This document shows positions 49,199 through 57,215 of a DNA stretch of 64,000 nucleotides, piece by piece. The translations under genes were made by a program, and so were the position numbers. The notes beneath the pieces were generated by a model that had not been told where the DNA came from, made no database searches, and worked only from the letters and a program-made list of their open reading frames with translations. The stretch lies in assembly GCA_036724805.1 (NCBI GenBank), contig DAIMFE010000006.1, positions 5,579 through 69,578 of the forward strand, written 5' to 3'. Within the stretch, counting starts at the first letter, position 1, and each line of letters starts with the position of its first letter. This DNA is from Bacteroides sp. (GTDB lineage Bacteria; Bacteroidota; Bacteroidia; Bacteroidales; Bacteroidaceae).

Positions 49199-50682
49199 GA
49201 TACTTGTAGTATTTTATAGATTAATGGAAGATTTACATGTTTGCGTATATGATGGGCTAACTTATTGTATTGTTCTTCCTTAAATGATTTATAATCAAAT
49301 GTTTTTTCGGTAAGTTTATCTGCAAAAGGTTCCAGCAGGAAATCAATAAAGGCGGCATTATCGAGAATGCCGTGAATATATGTTCCCATGCAGGTGTGAT
49401 CCTTGAAATAGCCATCGGTACGGTCTTCGTTTTCTATCCGTACCAGTGGTGATGGCAATGTGTCTTTTGCAAGCGTTGTAGTTCCCATGTGTATTTCGTA
49501 ACCCTCGCAAATCGATTCATTATTATTTATTTTAAACTTTACCCGGCGGGTAACCTTTTCACCTTGCATGTGTGTGATGATAGGAAGTAATCCCAATCCC
49601 GGCAAGCGTTCTATTTCGCCTTCTACATGATCCGGATCGTTCACTTCCATTCCCATGATCTGGTATCCGCCGCAAATTCCCATAACGGTAGCCCCTTCAC
49701 GATGCGCCCGGATAATTGCCTGGGCAACTCCATTACGGCGCGTTTCGTGCAGATCGGATAGGGTGCTTTTACTGCCGGGTATGAGAATGATATCGGCTTT
49801 CATCAACTCTTCCGTATTGTTGGTATAGAAAAGATGTACCCGCGGATCACGTTCCAATACATTAAAATCGGTAAAATTAGAGAGATGCCGTAAAAGCACA
49901 ACTGCGATATTTACCTTACCTTGTGATGCCTGAAATTGTTTACTTTCAAGGATTACAGAATCTTCCTCTTCAATATGGATGTCTTTATAATAAGGAACAA
50001 CACCTACCACCGGCACTTTACAAAGGTCTTCCAGTATTTTAATTCCACTGTTGAATAGCCTTATGTCACCACGAAATTTATTAATAAGAATACCTTTTAT
50101 ATATCGGCGTTCCTCTTCGCCGAGTAACATAATAGAACCGTAAACACTTGCAAATACGCCGCCACGGTCTATATCTGCTACCAAAATAACAGCTGCCCCG
50201 GCGTGCATAGCCATTGGAAGATTCACCAGATCGCTTTCGCGAAGGTTGATTTCCGAAATACTACCCGCGCCTTCCAGTACTATAGGATTGTATCGTTGTT
50301 GCAGGCGATCGAAGGCGCTGTATGCTTCAACGCGTAATTCTTCCTTTCCTTCTTTGCGAAAATAATCATAAGCATTGCGGTTACCAATGGGTTTGCCATT
50401 TAGTACAACCTGCGATGTGTGATCGGAAGAGGGTTTCAGCAGTATCGGGTTCATATCCGTATGGCAGGATATTCCCGCCGCTTCTGCCTGTACAGCCTGT
50501 GCGCGGCCTATCTCCAAACCTTCCGGGGTGACATAAGAATTTAACGCCATGTTCTGCGCCTTGAATGGAGCCGGAGCATAGCCGTCTTGCCTAAATATCC
50601 GACAAAACCCGGCTGCAATGATACTCTTTCCAACATCGCTACCGGTTCCGGCAAACATTACGGGTTTCAGTTTATCTTTCAT
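49195..50682 (-). CDS. cbiP: Cobyric acid synthase
   Basis: Start at ATG 50682 (MKDKLKPVM); GTGSDVGKS, PFKAQNMALNS, GICGGYQ, GTYIHG. Confidence 0.95.
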   Translation of the reverse strand: MKDKLKPVMFAGTGSDVGKSIIAAGFCRIFRQDGYAPAPFKAQNMALNSYVTPEGLEIGRAQAVQAEAAGISCHTDMNPILLKPSSDHTSQVVLNGKPIGNRNAYDYFRKEGKEELRVEAYSAFDRLQQRYNPIVLEGAGSISEINLRESDLVNLPMAMHAGAAVILVADIDRGGVFASVYGSIMLLGEEERRYIKGILINKFRGDIRLFNSGIKILEDLCKVPVVGVVPYYKDIHIEEEDSVILESKQFQASQGKVNIAVVLLRHLSNFTDFNVLERDPRVHLFYTNNTEELMKADIILIPGSKSTLSDLHETRRNGVAQAIIRAHREGATVMGICGGYQIMGMEVNDPDHVEGEIERLPGLGLLPIITHMQGEKVTRRVKFKINNNESICEGYEIHMGTTTLAKDTLPSPLVRIENEDRTDGYFKDHTCMGTYIHGILDNAAFIDFLLEPFADKLTEKTFDYKSFKEEQYNKLAHHIRKHVNLPLIYKILQVS

Positions 50683-50692
50683 TTTTATGATC

Positions 50693-51265
50693 TCATTGCT
50701 TTTTGTTCTTATACCCGAAAGCCTGCCAGCGTTCTTCCGGCCAGTTTTGCTGTTGCATTTCATATCGTGCCATAACGAAAAACAAATCGGAGAGGCGGTT
50801 GATGAATTTAAGAATATCTTCCGTTACCGGATCTTCCCGGTTTAATGTCCACAGTCTGCGCTCTGCGCGTCGGGCCACTGTGCGGGCAAACTGGCATTGG
50901 GCAGATACGGGAGTACCGCCGGGCAGAAGAAAATAACCGTTATCATTTAATTCGGCTGTCATTGCATCCATTTGTTGTTCGCAGAAAGAAACAAGATCAT
51001 CCGCAAGGATATTTGGATTTTGTGCGCGTATGGCCGAAGGCGTTGCAACATGGCTCATAACGATCATCAGGTTATGCTGTATTTTGTAAAGAACCGATTG
51101 CCAGGGATGTTCGAAAGGCAAAAGAGAACGGATAATTCCTATTACCGAGTTCAGCTCATCAATACAGCCGTTGGCCTCTATACGTACATCGTCTTTTTCC
51201 ACTCGTTGGCCACCGTGAATACCGGTAGTGCCTTTATCGCCTGCACGAGTATATATTTTTTTCAT
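50693..51265 (-). CDS. pduO: PduO-type ATP:cob(I)alamin adenosyltransferase
   Basis: KIYTRAGDKGTT, ARTVARRAER, INRLSDLFFVMAR. Confidence 0.92.
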   Translation of the reverse strand: MKKIYTRAGDKGTTGIHGGQRVEKDDVRIEANGCIDELNSVIGIIRSLLPFEHPWQSVLYKIQHNLMIVMSHVATPSAIRAQNPNILADDLVSFCEQQMDAMTAELNDNGYFLLPGGTPVSAQCQFARTVARRAERRLWTLNREDPVTEDILKFINRLSDLFFVMARYEMQQQNWPEERWQAFGYKNKKQ

Positions 51266-51570
51266 TTAATTTTCTTTTCGTTTATTTCGGGGCTTTGACG
51301 ACAATCCCATATAGCAGCAATATATATAGTCTCTTTTTCTATATAGTATATAACTTTATAGTTACGATGTACGACTAAAGAACGAAAAGTTTGGGGCTTA
51401 TTAATTAGCAAAGGTTCTATTGCTGCTATTTGAGAGAAATTTTCAAGTCGTTCTATTTCATCCAGAAAATGATTGTATAAAGTAATTGCAGCTCGCTCGC
51501 TTTTTTCTGCTATATGGTTATATATATTGTCTAAATGCTCTTCTGCAGCTATTAAGAATTTTATTTTCAT
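51262..51570 (-). CDS. RelE/ParE-family type II toxin
   Basis: 102 aa; AEEHLDNIYNHIA...FRSLVV..NYKVIYY...IAAIWDCRQ, a ParE-like pattern. Confidence 0.82.
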   Translation of the reverse strand: MKIKFLIAAEEHLDNIYNHIAEKSERAAITLYNHFLDEIERLENFSQIAAIEPLLINKPQTFRSLVVHRNYKVIYYIEKETIYIAAIWDCRQSPEINEKKIK

Positions 51571-51791
51571 TTGCGAGGATGTTTTTTTCTCATCTCTTCC
51601 ATTGTCTTGCCTCCTCCTGCTTGAGCATCTTCAACAGAACGTCTAACTTCATCAATCAATTCTTCTTTCGAGAATTGACATGGAGTTGACTTTAGTTTAT
51701 TGTAATAGGCTTGTAATCTTTCAATGATAGAGCTATTCTGTTCGTTCTCTATATCCCTTTGAAGTCTGGCTTTTAATTCTAATGTTGTCAT
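51567..51791 (-). CDS. Putative cognate antitoxin
   Basis: Small ORF (MTTLELKARL...PCQFSKEEL...EDAQAG..TMEEM) whose stop overlaps the toxin start; own -7 box TAAGTTTG at 51827-34. Confidence 0.7.
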   Translation of the reverse strand: MTTLELKARLQRDIENEQNSSIIERLQAYYNKLKSTPCQFSKEELIDEVRRSVEDAQAGGGKTMEEMRKKHPRK

Positions 51792-51848
51792 ATGCAACTC
51801 CTTTCTTTATTTCTTCATTAATACTACAAACTTAATCAAAATATGCGT

Positions 51849-53171
51849 TTAATAAACGATTTCCCAAAGTTTTAATAAATCACTTTCTCCCAAATACAAA
51901 TGCGTATAGCTTGCTATCGCATTTTTATACCTAAATACGGGAGTACTAACCGGTTCTCTTTTAGCATTATACAGGTTCGCTATGGAAGTCAGACTTCCTG
52001 TTTCACCGTATATTTGCGTATAGTGAAACTCATGTCCACATAAGTGCTGACCATTATAATCGAATTGCCGATACCCCAGTGAAAGCTTACGGCTTTCTTT
52101 TCGGTTGGATATGGAAAAAGGAAGAATACCAACCATTGGCTCCAAACCGTTTTCAGTATATATTCCTTGGCTGAGGTATATCATCCCGCCACATTCGGCA
52201 AGAGCATTACCGCCGGATTCTATATAATCTCTAATCTCTTTCATCAAAGGTGTGTTATGATTAAGTTCGGCAATTCTTTTTTCGGGATATCCACCCGGCA
52301 GATACAATATATCTGTTCCGGTTGGTAATTGTTGATCGGTCTCCGGGTTAAAGAAGATAATTTCTCCAAGTTCATTGAACCGATCCAATGTTTTCTGATA
52401 TAAGAAGGCAAATGATTCATGGCTTTTGGCTACCGCTATGCGTAAATTCTTTGTGGGAGTTGGCTGCGGTATATAATGAGCTGTGGAGCAACGGGTTTTA
52501 TTCAGTAACAGTTCCACATTAATCTGCTCTTTTATAAAGTTTGCCCAAGTTTCGATAATGCTTTTGTTCTCAATCGGGCTGATATCCAGTCCCAGATAAC
52601 GCGATTCCAGTTTTAAATCGTTGTTTCGTGAGATGCATCCAAAGCACTCTACTCCAATGTCTTTACATGCCTCTTTCAGCATATTAGCATGCTTTTCGGA
52701 GCCAACCCGGTTGAAAATAACACCAATTGTATTTACTTTCGGATCGAAATTGACAAATCCCCGGATAAGTGGAGCCACAGAATAGGCAGTTGAGCCTGCG
52801 TCAATAATCAGGATAACCGGTATATTCAGTAAACGGGCAATCTCTGCGGATGATCCTTTGCTGCGGTCGTATCCATCGAACATTCCCATCATACCTTCAA
52901 AGATGCACACCTCTGCTTTAGAGGCATATTGACTATGAAGTTCTCGAATATGTTGTTCCGAAGCCATAAAAGTATCCACATTTATCGAAGGCCTATTTGT
53001 AGCTATTTTATGAAATAGAGGATCGATATAATCGGGACCGCATTTAAATGCCTGAACCTTTTTCTGTTGTTGGGTAAGTAAATACATTAATCCCATGGCA
53101 ACGGTTGTTTTGCCACTACCCGAAGAAGGGGCAGCGAGTAGAAATTGGGATTGTATAGGTGATTGCGGCAT
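51849..53171 (-). CDS. cbiA: Cobyrinate a,c-diamide synthase
   Basis: SSGSGKTT, FKCGPDYIDP, EGMMGMFDG, AECGGMIYL, GHEFHY. Confidence 0.95.
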   Translation of the reverse strand: MPQSPIQSQFLLAAPSSGSGKTTVAMGLMYLLTQQQKKVQAFKCGPDYIDPLFHKIATNRPSINVDTFMASEQHIRELHSQYASKAEVCIFEGMMGMFDGYDRSKGSSAEIARLLNIPVILIIDAGSTAYSVAPLIRGFVNFDPKVNTIGVIFNRVGSEKHANMLKEACKDIGVECFGCISRNNDLKLESRYLGLDISPIENKSIIETWANFIKEQINVELLLNKTRCSTAHYIPQPTPTKNLRIAVAKSHESFAFLYQKTLDRFNELGEIIFFNPETDQQLPTGTDILYLPGGYPEKRIAELNHNTPLMKEIRDYIESGGNALAECGGMIYLSQGIYTENGLEPMVGILPFSISNRKESRKLSLGYRQFDYNGQHLCGHEFHYTQIYGETGSLTSIANLYNAKREPVSTPVFRYKNAIASYTHLYLGESDLLKLWEIVY

Positions 53172-53224
53172 TGTGTTTTTGTTAATCCATACCTTTCCCC
53201 CCGAAAGTATGAATAAATATGCGG

Positions 53225-53232
53225 CAAAGATA
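53225..53232 (-). promoter_or_regulatory. -7 promoter box (TATCTTTG) for the cbiA operon
   Basis: Reverse complement of caaagata; a TTTG lies at 53250-53 with a shorter-than-usual spacer. Confidence 0.55.
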
Positions 53233-53313
53233 TGGAATTATTTTAAAATCAAAACGTCCGTTAGAGTTATTTTGAAGCAAAAGCTATCCATTTTGCCCAA
53301 GGCTTTCCAGTAA

Positions 53314-53417
53314 AAATGCACGTTGCATTTGTCTCAAATGCGCGTTGCTAATTCGAAAAAGCACGTTGCATTTGGGTAAACAGCACGTTGCTAATTCGAA
53401 AATGCAACGTTGCATTT
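53314..53417. repeat. Palindromic array copy C (5 units)
   Basis: CGTTGC cores at 53321, 53343, 53364, 53386, 53408; last unit AAATGCAACGTTGCATTT is a perfect 18-bp palindrome. Confidence 0.9.
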
Positions 53418-53588
53418 GTAGTAACCTGAATTTGGTTGACTGTTTTTTGTTTTATCCCTATTCCGGGTTGACGGGTTTAAAAAAATACCTTTCCTAGAGA
53501 AAAATGTCTATACATCTTGTTTTTTCGAAAAATATCTATTATATTTACCGAATAATCATTAATTATTTCGAAAAAAGGAGGAGATTTT

Positions 53589-53705
53589 ATGAAGAAAGTA
53601 TTACTATCTTTGGGCTTTTTACTTGTTGGCGTTACTTCAATGTATGCAGCTAATCACGTTACAATAGATACAAGCTGCGGAATTTCGGTGGATAAATCAT
53701 TTTAA
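53589..53705 (+). CDS. Unannotated 38-aa secreted peptide MKKVLLSLGFLLVGVTSMYA-ANHVTIDTSCGISVDKSF
   Basis: Manual translation; classical Sec signal; AAGGAGGAG upstream; stem-loop downstream; first gene of the GLPGLI cassette. Confidence 0.7.
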   Translation: MKKVLLSLGFLLVGVTSMYAANHVTIDTSCGISVDKSF

Positions 53706-53752
53706 GCAAGAGCTTTTATGCAAATCTTGCTCCTTTTATACTATTCTAAAAT

Positions 53753-54619
53753 ATGAAGTTAAGAGTATTAATCGCAGTATATTTACTTTCACTTTTGGCA
53801 TTTAACGCAAAAGCACAAAGAACGTCTAATGTAAATGGAGTTGTAAGAGATACCATCGCACACCAACTATTAGACAATGCAAAATATAGAGTATTCTATT
53901 CCCTCTCATTCTCCGAAGATACAACCTTTACAGATCTAAAGACAGAGTGTCAAACCATTCTTCTTGTTGGAGATAAGTATAGTTCTTTTTTAGATTACAA
54001 CTCGTTAAAAAAAGATTCAATTTACAATTCACTGATAAAATCGGGGCAGGCGGCAACATCTGTAATAGGACAAACATTGGCAATTGGCAGATTGATTAAG
54101 TTCAAATCAATTATCATAAAAAACTATCCCTCAAAGAATGATTTCACATTACAAGAGATGATTACTTCACGCGATAATTATCGTTACACAGATAACGACA
54201 TAAAAATAAAATGGCAATTATCCTCTGATGAACAACAAATAGGAAAATATAAATGCAAAAAAGCCACTTGTACCTATAGAGGAAGAAATTATATCGCTTG
54301 GTATAGCCCGGATATTCTACTTAGCGATGGGCCTTATGTATTCACAGGATTACCAGGTTTGATCCTTAAACTATATGATGACAAGGAGCACTACACTTTC
54401 TCATTAAATGGGCTTGAACAAGCTAAAGGTTATAACCCTATATATTTACCTTCTGATAATGTTGTAAATTCAACTCGAAAAGAGGTTCGACAAATAATAA
54501 GTAATTTAAAAGCCAATCCAGCAAGCATTTTACAAATGATGGGTGACAGAGCCAAAGTAAGCGAAGATGTTATAAAGAAGGTTCAACCTAAGCCATATAA
54601 TCCTATTGAATTAGAATAG
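53753..54619 (+). CDS. GLPGLI-family protein
   Basis: IGKYKCKKATCTYRGRNYIAWY...GPYVFTGLPGLIL; C-terminal YNPIELE; signal peptide. Confidence 0.92.
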   Translation: MKLRVLIAVYLLSLLAFNAKAQRTSNVNGVVRDTIAHQLLDNAKYRVFYSLSFSEDTTFTDLKTECQTILLVGDKYSSFLDYNSLKKDSIYNSLIKSGQAATSVIGQTLAIGRLIKFKSIIIKNYPSKNDFTLQEMITSRDNYRYTDNDIKIKWQLSSDEQQIGKYKCKKATCTYRGRNYIAWYSPDILLSDGPYVFTGLPGLILKLYDDKEHYTFSLNGLEQAKGYNPIYLPSDNVVNSTRKEVRQIISNLKANPASILQMMGDRAKVSEDVIKKVQPKPYNPIELE

Positions 54620-54623
54620 TAGA

Positions 54624-57215
54624 GTGAATAAAATAGTATTCTGTATAATTGCTTTTATAAGTATTATATCGCCTATAGTTCAAGCACAACAAGTAAATAA
54701 CGCTTATGATGGTGTTGTTATATCTTCTGCATCCGGAAATAAACTTGAAAATGTGATTTGCCAAGGCATTGATAAAAAAAAAGAGATTGTATATTATACT
54801 TTCTCCGACCAAGAAGGACATTTTGCTATTGAAAAAAGCGATAATATAGAGTATCTACAATTTAAACTATTGGGATATTCCGCATTGACCCTATCAAAAA
54901 AGCAATTCGAATTAGCAAACAATCATATCATAGAACTATTTGAATCATCTATACCGCTTGAAGAAGTTGTTGTACAAGTTCCCCCAATTCAAAATGTTAA
55001 TGACACATTAAGATACAATGTAAATAGTTTTAAAACACAAGGAGATAGGTATGTTTCTGATGTACTAAAAAAACTCCCAGGCATAAAGGTTGCCGATAAT
55101 GGTACAATATCTTATATGGGAGAGTCTATCAACAAATTTTATATTGAGGGTAGAGATCTACTGGGAGGTCAATATAATATTGCAACAAATAATTTGGATA
55201 TTAATGCTATCAGTTCTATTGAAGTTTTACAAAACAACCAACATATAAAAGCATTAAAAGGCATTGATTTTGAGGAAAAGTCTGCAATAAATATTAAACT
55301 CAAAAAAGGACATAAAGCTCGCCCTTTTGGAAATATACAACTTGGGGCAGGAGGAACACCATTCTTATATGACGGAAAAGGATTGGCTTCTTATATAAGC
55401 GAGAACCAACAATCTATCGTCAGTATCAAAGGGCAAAATAATGGAAATGCAATTTTAAATGAAATCGAGGACAAATTAAATTTTGATGATCTATTTTCAT
55501 ATGAGGCAGTAATCAGCCCTTTCGTAACAGCCCCATCTGCAAGAAGTATTCCATTACCAACCAACCGACATCTATTCAATAACACATATTTAGGCTCTGC
55601 AAATACTCTTATCCCCTTATCCAAAGATTCAGAATTAAGACTGAATGTTGCTTATGGTAATGATAAAACAGACCAAGACTTCTACTTATTACAAAGTATT
55701 GCAACAGAAGGAGACTATATTCATATTTCGGAATCATCGAAGCAGAAAGAATCTACAAAGAATCTAAGAACCTCTGTTTCTTATGAGCTTAATTCATTAA
55801 GTAAATATATAAAAGACGAAGTATTATATTCTCGCAAAAACAAAGATATATATTCAAATATGAACACCAATTCTGATAATGTGAATATATTTGGTTTAAA
55901 CGCAGTGCAATATATACAGAATAATTTTCATGGATTATTTAAAGCCGAGAACGAACAAACAATTCATATAAATTCTTTGTTAAGATTTGAATCTAACAAA
56001 GATGAATTAGATAAAGACAATACTATAACGAATGATATATCAGAGTTGTTCAAGTCTAAATATTTCATTACGAAAAACAAAATAGGAACTTCTTTTAATG
56101 TACTAAAAAACAAGTTGAATATTGATCTTATTGCTACATATAGGCAGAAAGATATAACAAACAGTTGGGTGTATCAAGAAAAAGGAGCAAAACAACACAC
56201 TAAAATCAAACGTCTACAAATAGGCTTAGACCCAACATACCAAATTAAAAACTCCTCCAAGAACCTATTTATATCTATTAAACTCCCTATCTCTTACGAT
56301 AACTATTCAACGAGTGATATTTCGAATGAGAAAATTATTTTTTCTCCATCAATTAGTAACACTTGGCAGATTAATCATAAATGGGAAACTTTTATTAGAA
56401 TTGGATACAGCTACGACTATGCAAATGATATATCTTTATTAGATTCGCCATATTTCACAGGATATAGAAGTATCTATATCCCCAATAATGCACTAAATCA
56501 TAATAGTAGGGTGTACTTAGCAAGTAGAATCCAATATAAAGATATTGTGAATATGTTTTTCTTCAGCATGAATGCTATCTATAGATTGGAAGATTGCAAT
56601 TATATCAATGCCTTTTATATTACAGATGAATACTCCTATTATACTACCAAACAACAAAATGACAAAGGTAATATTTTATCTATTACAGCGGATGTCTCAA
56701 AAACGTTCACAAAAAGCAGATTGGCATTAGGTTTAATCCCTTCCTATACAATGGTAAAATCTAATATTTTCCAACAGGATATTATGACAAAGAACAACAG
56801 CCATATAGCTTCCGTTTCTACCAAAATAGATTGGAAACCTATTAAGAATGTAAATATCATTTATAATACAACAGGAAGAATAAGCTGGAACAATAATAAT
56901 TTAACAGAAACAAGACCATTAAAAGACCTTACACAAAATTTTAGACTATTCTACTTCCCAACAAAAAGTATAGACCTCCTGATGGATTATGATTACGTTA
57001 TATATGAAAACACAGCAAATAAATATTCAGACTTTTTTTTTCTGAATATTAAAGGAATATATAAGCATAAAAGAATAGAATATGAGTTGGCTTTAAACAA
57101 TATACTAAATAACAATTTATTTTCTATATCTGAATTGTCATCCGTAAATATATATAATCAACAAATACCACTAAGGCAAAGAGAGTTCTTATTCTCTGTA
57201 AAGTTTAATTTCTAA
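54624..57215 (+). CDS. TonB-dependent-receptor-like outer-membrane protein with N-terminal carboxypeptidase-regulatory-like domain
   Basis: GTG start, signal peptide; LEEVVV, DTLRYNV, DVLKKLPGI, KFYIEG plug-like motifs; C-terminal FSVKFNF. Confidence 0.82.
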   Translation: MNKIVFCIIAFISIISPIVQAQQVNNAYDGVVISSASGNKLENVICQGIDKKKEIVYYTFSDQEGHFAIEKSDNIEYLQFKLLGYSALTLSKKQFELANNHIIELFESSIPLEEVVVQVPPIQNVNDTLRYNVNSFKTQGDRYVSDVLKKLPGIKVADNGTISYMGESINKFYIEGRDLLGGQYNIATNNLDINAISSIEVLQNNQHIKALKGIDFEEKSAINIKLKKGHKARPFGNIQLGAGGTPFLYDGKGLASYISENQQSIVSIKGQNNGNAILNEIEDKLNFDDLFSYEAVISPFVTAPSARSIPLPTNRHLFNNTYLGSANTLIPLSKDSELRLNVAYGNDKTDQDFYLLQSIATEGDYIHISESSKQKESTKNLRTSVSYELNSLSKYIKDEVLYSRKNKDIYSNMNTNSDNVNIFGLNAVQYIQNNFHGLFKAENEQTIHINSLLRFESNKDELDKDNTITNDISELFKSKYFITKNKIGTSFNVLKNKLNIDLIATYRQKDITNSWVYQEKGAKQHTKIKRLQIGLDPTYQIKNSSKNLFISIKLPISYDNYSTSDISNEKIIFSPSISNTWQINHKWETFIRIGYSYDYANDISLLDSPYFTGYRSIYIPNNALNHNSRVYLASRIQYKDIVNMFFFSMNAIYRLEDCNYINAFYITDEYSYYTTKQQNDKGNILSITADVSKTFTKSRLALGLIPSYTMVKSNIFQQDIMTKNNSHIASVSTKIDWKPIKNVNIIYNTTGRISWNNNNLTETRPLKDLTQNFRLFYFPTKSIDLLMDYDYVIYENTANKYSDFFFLNIKGIYKHKRIEYELALNNILNNNLFSISELSSVNIYNQQIPLRQREFLFSVKFNF

